From: Zygophlyctis sp. KS116
Lineage: Eukaryota > Fungi > Chytridiomycota
Assembly: GCA_054661495.1 (NCBI GenBank)
Contig: BAAFSQ010000131.1
Location: 1-27,919 of the forward strand
Reading direction: 5' to 3'
DNA length: 27,919 nucleotides
Shown here: piece after piece, positions 1 through 10,407 of the stretch
Layout of the letters: each line of letters opens with the position of its first letter
How positions within the stretch are numbered: position 1 is the first letter of the stretch
Position numbers and translations under genes: made by a program
The notes under the pieces: model-generated
The model's input: the letters and a program-made list of their open reading frames with translations, nothing else
The model's database searches: none
Told to the model about the DNA's origin: nothing

Positions 1-85
1 TTGTCTAGTCTCGATTTCTCATATCTGTTTGTCTGCTGTTACCTATATAAAGAACCTCAGTCTTCTTGGCCTTAACACAACACAA

Positions 86-157
86 GCTTGTATAGTATAG
101 TGGTTATTATGGCTCGTTGTGGCCGTGCAGACGTAGGTTCGATTCCTGCTACAAGCA
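86..157 (+). tRNA. tRNA-His (GUG), intronless, eukaryotic type
   Basis: Cloverleaf: acceptor GCTTGTA(86-92)/TACAAGC(150-156), D-loop AGTGGTTA, anticodon stem GCTCG/CGTGC (one T-T mismatch) with GTG at 119-121, T-arm GTAGG-TTCGATT-CCTGC. Discriminator A, no encoded G-1 or CCA, as in eukaryotic tRNA-His genes. Confidence 0.9.
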
Positions 158-158
158 A

Positions 159-163
159 TTTTT
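159..163 (+). terminator. RNA Pol III oligo-dT terminator
   Basis: TTTTT run starting 2 nt after the tRNA discriminator base. Confidence 0.6.
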
Positions 164-834
164 GGTTTTGTTGGGAGTCTTTCAATCAACTGCTATTGTA
201 TTTAGGGCTGTAGGTTCGATTCTTCAATCCTAACTATCTAGCAGCTGGAAGAATTTTTGCCACTGGTGTCATGAATGTTGAAACTAGCTCACCCAGATGT
301 AATTCTTTTTTGAACGAATCGAAAGTCCTCTTTTGTTCAAAACACCAAATTTAACCCTAACCTCTATCAAGAATCAGAAGCGTGCATTGAGATTTACACT
401 TAAGACCAAAACATTCCAGCAGTACGTCGCTATCCTCTGCAAGATTAATGAGAAAGTTGGTATAATAGGCCATAATTACATTATGATGTTCAAAGGGTGA
501 GGTGGCGTAGGGGCAGACTCTTTGAATGAAAAAACAAGACAGTTACGTTGTCTATCGAACTGAGACTAGGTTTTGTTTCCAGATCAGTATTCCTGATTTT
601 GATAAGTGTCAATAGATTCTTTGTATCTATATCCTTCTTTTAAACAAACATCTAGCGCTTTAAGCTGTTTAACATTGTATTTTTCTTCTTCTACATGTTT
701 GAAAAGAAAGTGTAACAAATTTGAAATCCCGGAGTAAGTATGATCTATCTTACAATTTTTTACCTATAATATCATTTGCTGAATTCACCCGTAATGAAGG
801 AATCCGCAACTTGTACCTCCTGATAAACTACCTA

Positions 835-887
835 AGTTAAAAGATAAGCAAAGCTTTATCTGAGAATACTAATCCATCAGTGTAATT
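835..887 (+). repeat. 5' LTR remnant of copia-1
   Basis: 836-887 is identical to 4888-4939 and is directly followed by the PBS. Confidence 0.85.
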
Positions 888-901
888 GATTAAGAGTCTC
901 A
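888..901 (+). promoter_or_regulatory. Primer-binding site complementary to the anticodon arm of tRNA-Lys(CUU)
   Basis: GATTAAGAGTCTCA is the reverse complement of TGAGACTCTTAATC, the eukaryotic tRNA-Lys(CTT) anticodon stem-loop. It abuts the LTR copy and precedes the gag ATG at 912. Confidence 0.7.
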
Positions 902-911
902 ATCGCTTGTA

Positions 912-1739
912 ATGGAAACAACTGAAACTAACCAAGGCTCGAAAAGACTTCTGCTCAAAGGCCACGACAATTTCATCGAATGGATGAAAAGATTCAGAGC
1001 ATATGCAGAAATTGAAGAATGGGGAACATACAAAGATGGAAAGTTCACCCACACAAGTGAGCAAAAAGGGAAGGAAGCAAAAAAATGGGTAATAGGAAAT
1101 ATGAGCGACGAGGCTATAAGCCCCATCGACCCTTCGCAATCAATTAAAGTCATTCTTGAAAGACTAAATGAAGTATTCGGATATAGAAATTACTCTCCTT
1201 CCAACCAAAAGCAAACTATTCTCTCATTGATTCAATTCCCAATTGGGAAGGATCCTAATCAGGTTTTCTTATGGTTAGGGAAACAGTTAGATATTCTTGA
1301 GCTGTGCAATGGAAAGATTACTGTGGATTTTCTTAGAAACGTGTTTGAAGAAGGTTTATCATGCACTAGAAGTGCAAATTCAGTCTTTATTGAAAATAGT
1401 GACTTCTGGGCTGAAATGAGAGGAAGGCTAAATGAACTAGATGATAGTGAATTTTTGGATATCTCTAGAATAAGACAGAGAGTTTGGAAATTCTGGGATG
1501 CACGAAGAAACAAGAAAATTAAAGTCGATCAATCGGCATTTGATCCTACTATCAAATTAGCTAGTGCTCTAAATGTCAACTCTACGCTAAAGAAAAAGAA
1601 GAATTGCACTTATTGTTCAAAATGGCGCAAGAGACTTTCCAGCAGTCATGATACAGATAATTGTTTCTATGGTGATGTCGAAGGATATAATAAGAAGGAG
1701 GCGAATTTGCTAGATAATGACAGCAATAAATCATCTTAG
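912..1739 (+). CDS. gag: Gag of copia-1 (275 aa) with C-terminal CCHC knuckle variant
   Basis: Copia-like N-terminus (LKGHDNFIEW), Zn knuckle CTYC-X10-H-X4-C, located directly before the protease. Confidence 0.8.
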   Translation: METTETNQGSKRLLLKGHDNFIEWMKRFRAYAEIEEWGTYKDGKFTHTSEQKGKEAKKWVIGNMSDEAISPIDPSQSIKVILERLNEVFGYRNYSPSNQKQTILSLIQFPIGKDPNQVFLWLGKQLDILELCNGKITVDFLRNVFEEGLSCTRSANSVFIENSDFWAEMRGRLNELDDSEFLDISRIRQRVWKFWDARRNKKIKVDQSAFDPTIKLASALNVNSTLKKKKNCTYCSKWRKRLSSSHDTDNCFYGDVEGYNKKEANLLDNDSNKSS

Positions 1740-4700
1740 ATATACCTGGTTTTTCCTGTGTTTGAACACCCAACTAGCAAAATAATATATGACACAGGCT
1801 GCACACCAAATAGCTACTTTAGAGATGAAACATTGAATATGACTAAATGTCGTGGATCTGTGTTAACAGCCTCTAATGAAAGGATTAATACGTACGGAGT
1901 TGGTGAAATTGAAATTGGACGTCTTAAATTGAAAAGCGTGGTTCATGTTTCACAATTCAAGTATAATCTCCTATCGGGAATACAGATAATGGGAGAGGGT
2001 TAACTCAATTAATAGAAGACGGTGTACTAAAAATTATGAACAAGTCCGGGGATGTCTTAGCTTTGGGTGAATATAACCCACAAAGTGGGCTGATTAAAAT
2101 GAAGACTGAATGTGCATTGAATGTAATAGATTCTAAACGAGACATACATCACTGGCATAAACTATTTGGCCACTTCAACAAAAGATCAGTTCTTAGGAAT
2201 TTGAATTTAAACAAAATCTCTGCCTCTGAATCGTCGAAGGAGTGCGAAGAATGTCTTAAAGGAAAATCAAAAGTGTCTAAAAAAATGAAAACCAATAATA
2301 GTAAAGCATATGAACTATTGGAGATGATAGAATCTGATTCCACGCCATTTCCAATCGATTCATACGATGGGTTCTCTCATAATTTAAAATTTGTTGACCG
2401 GAAAAGTGGGTGGATATCATCTGTGTTCATTAAACGACTAAATTCAATTACAACATTGGAAGCCTTTAAAATATTTAAAGCTCGATTTGAAAATGTCACA
2501 AATCACAAAATTCGCATGATTAGAACTGATGGGGGCAGCGAATATAAGAATGTATTCCAAGATTTCTTAACTTCTGAAGGCATTGTAAAGCAAACTACCT
2601 CTCCTACTCATAAGCATCTTCCCGCAAGAGCAGAAAGAGCGCATAGGACTGTACTTGAATTAGCTAGAAGTTGTCATTCAGACTCAAAACTACCTTTGAA
2701 ATACTGTTCAGATGCACAAAGATATGTGGTATATACATTGAATCGAATAATTAGAGACACTGATAATAAATCACCGTATGAACATATATATGGAAAGCCG
2801 CCCAACTTATTCAATCTTCATGCTTTTGGTTCAATCTGCTTTTTTTATCAGCCTTAAGCTAAAAGATTAAAAGGAAAACTAACTGATTCAGGTGAAAGAT
2901 GCCGCTTCTTAGGTTATGGTGATGATGATTCACTGGTAGAGCATAAACAAGGATATAAGTTATTAAGGGAATCAGACAGGAAAATAATTTATAGCCCTGA
3001 TGTCAAGTTTCTGGATGATACACAGATCAATATCAGAAACTAGATGATGCGATTGAGTTAGGACACATAGAGACAAGAGAACGAGCCGCATCCAATTTAA
3101 GTGTTGACCCGCTAGTAAATCTTTGCCGTTCACTTAATGTCACTTTAGGACAAATTGCTTGTGATGATTTTTTTTAGTGTTGCAGCAGCTATGGGATGCC
3201 CACTAACTTATGAAGAAGCAATTAACTGTGAGGATAAACAAAATTGGATTCAAGCAATGGACAAAGAAATGGACTGTATTAAGAAGGCTAGAACTTGGGA
3301 TCTTAAAGTCATTGAGAAGTCAGATTTAAAGCCAGTGAAGTGCAAATGGGTTTTTACTAAAAAGTTTGATAAGTCTGGAAACGTTAAAAAGTTTAAGGCT
3401 AGACTGGTTGCAAAAGGGAATAGTCAGAAATATGGAATAGATTATATGGAAACATTTGCACCTGTGATCAAATTTAAATCTGTCAGAACACTAATTGCAC
3501 TAGCTGCATGCTTAAATTTGGAAGCATATCAAGATGACGTCCCATCCGCCTTTTTAAAGGGAGATCTGAAGGAGACAGTAGTTATGACTCAGCCAGAAGG
3601 CTATCATCAAGGTGCAAAGAATACATATTGTCTGCTTAAGAAAACTTTGTATGGCCTCAAACAAAGCCCTCGAGAATGGAATGAGGTCATACATTCGTAC
3701 TTGATTTCTCAAGGTTTCGGTCAATCACAGGCAGATCCCTGCATCTATTATATGGGAAATGAAGAAAAATTAATACTAGTTGGAGTATATGTTGATGATA
3801 TTATTTCTATTGGGAAAGGAAAATATATTGAAGATTTTAGGAATAATATAAGAAGTGAATTCGGAATACAGGAAGGTGCTAAACTGGAGTGGTATTTGGG
3901 AATAGCAATACACAGAACAGGAGAAGGAGATTATAATATCGATCAATCTGTTTACACAAAGCAAAAAATCAATGAATTTAATGATTGGATACCATATGGA
4001 GGCCATTCAAGTCCTCTCCCATCGGACTACTTAAAATTATTAAAGGAAGCAGAAACTGAAAATGCAGATACTAGTCAATTTCCTTATAGACAAATAATTG
4101 GAAGTTTTATGTATTGCATGCTAGGAACAAGACCTGATCTTGCTGTTGGAATTTCCATTTTAAGTCAATTCTTGGAGAAGCCTAAACCCACTCATGTAAA
4201 ACTTGCTAAATATCTTCTTCAATATGTTAAAGTTAATACAAATTTGGGTATAACCTATAAAGCAAATACCAAACCAATACTAAGAGGATATGCAGATGCC
4301 TCATATGCAAGTGAAATTGATTACAGTTCTAGAAGTGGCTATGGGTTCATTATGGCAGGAGGACTTATATCATGGTATTCTGGGAAACAAAAGAAGACAG
4401 TTCCTGCACAATCATCAGCAGAAGCTGAATACTATGCAGCTGTGTTAGCAGCAAATGAGGCTATCTGGTTCCGGCAATTACTTCTTGATTTAGGTTTCCC
4501 TCAAGGTACAATCACAATCTACGAGGACAATCAAGCATGCATTAGCTTGACAAAGAATCCGGAAGACCACAAAAGAACCAAGCATATACAGATTAAATAT
4601 CATGTTATAAGAGGATATGTAAAAGAAAATTTAATCAAATTTGAATATTGCAGAACAAATGATCAACTGGCAGATATATTTACTAAAGGTGTTCCAGGAC

Positions 4701-4780
4701 CTAAATTGAGGAGTGTTATGGAAGATCTTGGAATAAGAAAGTTGGAAAATATTGCGTTTAAAGGTCAGGGGGACAGTTAA
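1740..4780 (+). pseudogene. pol: Pol of copia-1 (PR, IN, RT, RNase H), disrupted
   Basis: PR YDTGC; IN WHKLFGH...CEEC, RTDGGSEY, AERAHRT; RT KARLVAKG, LYGLKQS, YVDD; RNase H GYADA, AEAEY, EDNQA, LADIFTK. Frameshift near 2000, in-frame TAA at 2855-2857, probable deletion near 3040-3160. Confidence 0.95.
4760..4774 (+). promoter_or_regulatory. Polypurine tract of copia-1
   Basis: AAAGGTCAGGGGGAC at the end of pol, immediately before the 3' LTR. Confidence 0.75.
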
Positions 4781-4945
4781 AATAAGACCTTCTCACTATG
4801 AATGCAGAGTGTAAACTGATAGGGTTTAGTTGTTAAAAGATAAGCAAAGCTTTATCTGAGAATAATAATCCATCAGGTAATAAAGTTGTTAAAAGATAAG
4901 CAAAGCTTTATCTGAGAATACTAATCCATCAGTGTAATTAATACA
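4775..4945 (+). repeat. 3' LTR of copia-1 with internal ~56-bp tandem duplication
   Basis: Starts after the PPT. The unit TGTTAAAAGATAAGCAAAGCTTTATCTGAGAATA(A/C)TAATCCATCAG occurs at 4831 and 4887. The end is either 4939 (by identity to the 5' LTR) or 4945 (..ATACA). Confidence 0.8.
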
Positions 4946-5109
4946 GAAGTTTATTTACATTAATGAACGTATTGGTTGTAGGAGTATATAAATCAGAAGC
5001 CCAGATTCAACTTAATAATGTTTTACTTATCAAACCCGATATATATTTAAATGATGATGAAAAAAACGAATACTGCCTTAAAGTTTATGCATTAATTAAT
5101 GGAGTGGAA

Positions 5110-5741
5110 TCAGACTGGTTTAAGAATAAGGTCAACCCATTTGAGCATAGCCACTGTTTCGTTCCAGGCTTTGGGTTGAAAACAGTACTTTGCCGAAGAC
5201 GAATATCCATTACCAATTGTGGCTTTTTTTTCGTTTGTTTTACCTGATGTTAGATGAAAATTAAAAAACCTGGCTGGCCTTTAAATGTAACCAGTGGCTC
5301 TATTTCTTGCCAGATAAAGTACCAGCAAAACACACCGTAGCTCGAAAATCACCCGTTCTGGTTTTAGCTCTATTCACTGATTTAGCGCCTTTTGATACGA
5401 CTTTCCGATTGGCTGATTGTCATAATAACATGGGGTCTCAAATTTTCCAAGTGCTGTCCCAAAGGCTTTGGTCCTGTATGAAATGTCAGTTGTCTTTTTA
5501 CATAATCAACATCAGTGTCAATTTCCTTGGTCCCTTTTGATATGCCATATCCGTTGCATACTGCTGATGGACTGTTTTTTTGAGCTAATAGAAATAATCG
5601 TTTCTTCTGGCTTAAATCAAAATTGTAATTCCGCTGTCTCTTATGCACAGGAGTATTTTCCATTATCTTTCTCTGCGAACTCTCTTAGCAAAATTACGCG
5701 AAAAAAACTTTAACGTGTTCGAACGACCGGCGGATTTACGG
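5110..5741 (-). mobile_element. pogo/Tigger-like (Tc1/mariner, DDE_1) transposon remnant, internally deleted
   Basis: Minus-strand peptides RATVCFAGTLSGKK and YCFQPKAWNETVAMLKWVDLILKP are typical of DDE_1 transposases. HTH-like N-terminus in ORF 5382-5663. Terminus CCGTAAATCCG at 5741 is flanked by TA. Confidence 0.7.
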
Positions 5742-6654
5742 TAGTAGTGTTTTATTTTGGTGATTTATAATTTGGCCAACTTTAAGAAAAGGCATCTTTA
5801 CTGATTTGCACTTCTGAATAAAACTTTGGTCGATTAGCATCTTTGACTAAATGATGGCAAGTAAAATATTGACTATGTAGAAAATCCCTACAACTACAAA
5901 CCCATGATTCAATGTTAGTAAAGCTTGCAGAATCCTTTTCGTTTTTTGATTCTCGCATCCAATCTGCTTGTAGTAAAGTAAACCAAAGAGGGCTTCTCCT
6001 TCCGGATTGAGTCTGATCTTTTTTCTGAAAAAAAGAAGGTATTAATCATTTGCTCTCCTTTTTTTGCAAAGCTTGAGATGAGGAAAAACGCATTTAGAGT
6101 AAATGTGATTAGATATTGATTTGATAATCCGAAATTTGACTCCGCTATGTTCAATATACTGTAGATTTATATCATTTAATATATCTTTCAAATCCAGAGT
6201 CTAAATCTTTTACGTCTGCAATAATAAAAACTGCTTTCCCCTATTGAATATTGAATTTTATATCCATAAAATCTAGAACAACTAGAACGGGGAAATTTTC
6301 TATATCTTTCTGCAAGCAAAAACAGCAGGTCTTATTGACATTTCCGCTTTTACATATTTTTCTATAGAATATGTATTCCCACATTTGGGGCAGAGCATCC
6401 CAAAAAAAATTCTACACGTCTCTCCATTTTAATCTCAAAAATTCATATTCAAAATTAATCATATTTAATCATATTTAATTGGTATTTAAGATTCCAACGA
6501 ATGGTCCAGAACTTTCAAAACAATTCTACTGTTAGATATTTAAAATGCCTCTGCTTCATAAAAAACGTTGCTAGATTATAAGATTTTTGAAAAATTTCTT
6601 CTGACATAAATTCGACTGGCACTTTTTTATTTAAAGCCTCAGGGTTAGGCTTAG

Positions 6655-7520
6655 AAATAATTGTCTATGAATTATATAACATGTTTTGATAAAGTTCGTT
6701 TGAGCATTTGAGAACCTACGTGTCCTAATTTTCTATGCCAATTATATAAATCCAATGGATACTTTATGTTATTTGCAACATTTCCTTGATGATCCACGTC
6801 ATTAAGTTCAATCAATCCATATTCTTGATTGTATTGTCCAGTACATACAACTTTATCTCCTTTGAGAATTTCTAGCCGATTATTATAAAGTACTTGTCTT
6901 AATCCCATTTTCATAATTTGTATCCCAGATACTGGATTCTACGAGAAGTTTGGAACATGTCTGACTCCTTAAAGTAAAATGTCACCGACTTTTACATTAC
7001 CGAATCCATTTGACAACACTTTTTCATTTGATGCTGTTTTAACTAAACTTTGACTTATGATAAAATGGATGCCCTCTCTCGTAAGTAACTTGTTGGAGTA
7101 CAGCCACTTTCATGAAAGGTTCGGACCTTTTCTGTTAAAAACATTGATACTGAGAATATAGTTTACTTGATTCTGCTAAATCAGACTTGTTGATTTTATC
7201 CCAACTTTCTTCATGCCCAAAGAAGCAATTATCGGTCATATGTATTGTCTTTCTGAATTTTACGAAAAAGTCACAACAAGTCTTACCTTTCTTTCCGGAT
7301 AGATTATATGCCGCTGTCAAATTTTTTGTTGGATCAAAGGCTGTTTTATCAACTGCAATCCTTTTATTTCTGTGTGCCTCCCAGAACTCCCAGAGGGTTA
7401 GCGGTATTGCATATAAAAAAAGTTGCTTCAGTACTTGCTCAAGATACGCCATCACAAAAAATCAAAATCAGATATGGATGACGTTGTTAATCAAAGGTTT
7501 TTTAAATATGATTAAGATGT
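6655..7520 (-). mobile_element. Degenerate copia remnant (copia-2; gag end, PR, pre-integrase), related to copia-1
   Basis: FWEAHRNKRIAVDKTAFDP aligns with copia-1 FWDARRNKKIKVDQSAFDP. PR HESGCTPTSY; YNWHRKLGHVG. Truncated at the telomere-like tract 6641-6654. Confidence 0.85.
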
Positions 7521-7619
7521 AGAGTTGTTGATTGTTTGGCGATAACACCACAAATATCAGAATTATGCGGTGAAGAAACAGCTGATCTGTTAAATTCAAT
7601 TGGTAAGTTAGGTTTAGCT

Positions 7620-7940
7620 TATTATTTTAACAATTTAGTTACCAGTAGTTTCATTTATCGTAGGCTCTAGCTGCTTTGTTTCTGCTGATGAAAATTTAAA
7701 TTGGTAAGCCTCTTTTTTAGTCGGCTGGAAAGGAACAGGAAAGTCTCCTATTTTGAAAACTATCTACAAGCCTCTACGGGAAATTCTACGCTGCCATCAG
7801 ACTGAGGGAGAAGATTATATTTTTTTGGATGGTGCTCTCGAAGGCATGACATCTCAGTTGATGCTCAATGATGGTGAATTGTTAGAAATTTCAAGTGGGG
7901 CAGAATCATTTTTATCAAAATTGTACTCAGTAAAAGGTAA
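7620..7940 (+). pseudogene. P-loop NTPase fragment resembling DUF3987/YfjI-like proteins
   Basis: LFLVGWKGTGKSPILKTIYKPLREI followed by LDGALEGMTSQLMLNDGELLEISSGAESFL; Walker A motif plus family-like spacing recognised by eye. Confidence 0.5.
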
Positions 7941-9143
7941 TATATCTTATTTAAAACACAGATGATAACAAGTTTCGCAGTATGTATTAAAATTTCAATT
8001 CAAATGTGTAACTAAAACACGGAGACCACAGAGGTTGATAATGTGGCCCTCAATTTTATTGGATGCATTCATCCACAAACTATCATTACGTTTTTAAATA
8101 TCCAAGAGCAAAACCATGATGGTTTGCTTGAACGGTTACTTTAATTCTTTAACACATAGCTTCTTAATTTCTACGTTTAATGTAGAATCAACGATGGAAC
8201 ATATGCGCCAAAATTTTTTTAATAATACCATTCTGAAAGGTTACCTTTACTTTTTATTTAAAGATATTTTTACAAAATTTTTTGAAACACATCATAGTGC
8301 GATTAAGCAGAGTGTTATTTATGCTCTATATATAACTATGTTTCAGCACTACTAAGCACAACAGATGAGGATCTAAACGCTGAGTATGCAAAACTATCTG
8401 GAATGGTCTTGAGAATTTCAGGTGTACTGACAGTATTGGAGAATGTATGATGACTATCATTAATTATAGGCTCTACAAAAGAAAACTTTTTCCCCCAATA
8501 TTTCAGGGGAGGAGTTTGAACAAGCTTATCGAATAGCAAATTATTTTTTACATCAACGGTATATTTGTATTTTTTAATTGAAAGTATCATTTTGAAGAAT
8601 GGGAATTTGAACAAGCATAAAAGCATCTAGTCTTTCAGTTCCAGAGAGAGAGTTGGAAGAAATTTTAATTTGTCCAACAAATGTGGATATCTACAATGTG
8701 AAAAAGTTCTTTACTGCTCCGGCCGATCAGTATCAAACTCTGACTTAATACGATCTCGACTTAGGCCCTAACCCTGGAACCCTCAGATATTACTTAACCA
8801 ATAGAGCTGATTGTAAGGGCAGGGTTTGGGCTGGTAACGAAGACTTTAAGCTCTAGCAATGGAAATAAGAAAGTAAGGTCAATTTCATTTATTTTAGGAA
8901 AATGTAGCCAAACTTGAAAATTACCTTACAAGTAAAATTACGGAAACGGCCATTGGTAGAGCCCGTTTCCGCCTTTTTCGTTTGGAGGGGAATAGTTCAG
9001 TTTTTTACGAATTTCAATACTGGTAAACTCAAAAAAACCTGCAGATTTTGCTTAGGAACTTCTAACACCACACCAGAAATAAAAGAAATAGTTTTAAAAA
9101 GCTTTTGTGATATAAATTTTAAGCGACTTGCTTCCAGAAACCA

Positions 9144-9311
9144 TGTTCGTAGTCACCGATTCTGAAGACATAGACACTTAAGATTTGAAAGACACATTCT
9201 GTAGTCTATAATTTATGTAGTCTTTAAATACTTCAAAGTGTGTTGGAAATAGTGAATCCTACCTCTCCGTGGTGATCAGGTTTTGTAGCTTACGTGGTTT
9301 GGGTTCTGTCA
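9144..9311 (+). repeat. Orphan 5' LTR (TG...CA, 168 bp) of another copia family
   Basis: Begins TGTT, ends TGTCA and is directly followed by a tRNA-complementary PBS. The internal region is lost by about 9360. The left boundary is inferred. Confidence 0.6.
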
Positions 9312-9331
9312 GATTAACAGTCGAAATGCTC
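9312..9331 (+). promoter_or_regulatory. PBS complementary to the D-stem/anticodon arm of tRNA-Asn(GUU)
   Basis: GATTAACAGTCGAAATGCTC is the reverse complement of GAGCATTTCGACTGTTAATC, a tRNA-Asn-like arm with GTT anticodon. Confidence 0.7.
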
Positions 9332-9369
9332 CGAATTAAAGCGGCCACTGGTTCCATTCCCAGGTTAGG

Positions 9370-9812
9370 CCTTAACAAAGTGCGTTTAGCTGCCTCCCAC
9401 CAAGCTGCATTTGGTACTTTGTGACTATAACGCGATAAATATCCAAAAGCAAATGATATGTCAGGTCTGCTGGTTTTTGCCGCATTAATGATCCCAACAA
9501 TTCTAGATAAGGTACAGAACGTTCTAAATCACTTTCATTTTCTTCAATAATGAATTCTTCAGACAATGGCGTAGAAAAATCCTTTGCTTGTTCAATATTG
9601 AATTTTATGATTTTTTCTTCTATATATCTTTCTTGCTGAATAGTTATTCCCGTTAACTTATCGACATTAATCTTCATGTTCAAGATCTCGCTAACTTCAT
9701 CTTTCCTAGTGAATTTGTATTTACCAGCGAGTCCGTTTTGCAATAGTTCTTCTTCTTTAATCTCTATACATGCAACCAACATATCATCGACATAAACGCC
9801 CACCAATATCAA
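9370..9812 (-). pseudogene. Copia RT fragment
   Basis: ILVGVYVDDMLV, ITIQQERYIEE, VPYLELLGSLM, then WEAAKRTL after a frameshift; ends at GGTTAGGCCTTAAC (9363-9376). Confidence 0.85.
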
Positions 9813-9963
9813 TTCAATATAAAGAAATGCAAGGCCATTAGATAAAAAATTTGGGGAATTGCAATCATGATACCAGAGAGGACCGCTATTCTGCAAAACT
9901 TCCTTTAAAGGCTATGCGAGTTATGGCTGGGCATAACCAGTTAAAGGGTCATTTTTTTCTGGC

Positions 9964-10003
9964 CAGAGGGGAAACGTTACCAGGCAGAGGGGAAACGTTA
10001 CCA
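9964..10003 (+). repeat. 21-bp-period tandem duplication within the Crypton ORF
   Basis: CAGAGGGGAAACGTTACCA occurs twice (RGETLP x2). Confidence 0.9.
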
Positions 10004-10355
10004 GATAAACATCTTCGATTACAAATATTTCATTTTTTGAAGGAAGCTGAACAACTTTTAACGCATGAAAATTGTACAGCATTAAGTTTTTTGGCTCTTT
10101 TGAAAAATTTAAGAGTCACAATTCTTCAAGATGCAGCTGTTCTTATTACTCAGGAAGAAAGGAAAGGTCATTGTATTTTTAATTTGCCAGTTTTCAAATC
10201 TCAAGCCTTTTTGGATTTTTCTAAAAGACTTAATCAGCAACTTGCATCTTGTGTTGATCCGGGAGACGCTTCTGTTGAGAGCGTTCTCCCAGGAGTTTAT
10301 TCCAGGTTGGATAATATTCACTCGGACTTGCGCTCCAAACTTTCTTCTGTTGAAT

Positions 10356-10407
10356 TGAATATTAATAATCTTGCAGCCTCGGTGAATATTGATAATCTTG
10401 CAGCCTC
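10356..10407 (+). repeat. 27-bp-period tandem duplication within the Crypton ORF
   Basis: TGAATATT(A/G)ATAATCTTGCAGCCTC occurs twice (NI(N/D)NLAASV x2). Confidence 0.85.

Larger units (their letters stand above)
835..4945 (+). mobile_element. Ty1/copia LTR retrotransposon (copia-1), near full length, inactivated
   Basis: Domain order gag-PR-IN-RT-RNaseH. A 52-nt identical direct repeat lies at 836-887 and 4888-4939. PBS at 888, PPT at 4760-4774. No matching TSD found. Confidence 0.95.

Noticed and set aside
1273-1280. GGTTAGGG inside copia-1 gag
   Set aside because: It encodes W-L-G in an uninterrupted ORF and is treated as a chance match, not a junction scar.
837-1773. Minus-strand ORFs overlapping gag, and similar antisense ORFs over other TE genes (e.g. 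19976-20281)
   Set aside because: Shadow frames of real coding sequence with no independent motifs.
1737-2857. Alternative genetic code (TAA/TAG read as Gln) suggested by in-frame stops
   Set aside because: The long RT, transposase and ORF2 frames use CAA/CAG with no internal TAA/TAG and end in TAA. The stops co-occur with frameshifts, which indicates decay.
4831-4939. CRISPR-like or satellite array
   Set aside because: Only two adjacent units, explained as an LTR-internal duplication, in a eukaryotic context.
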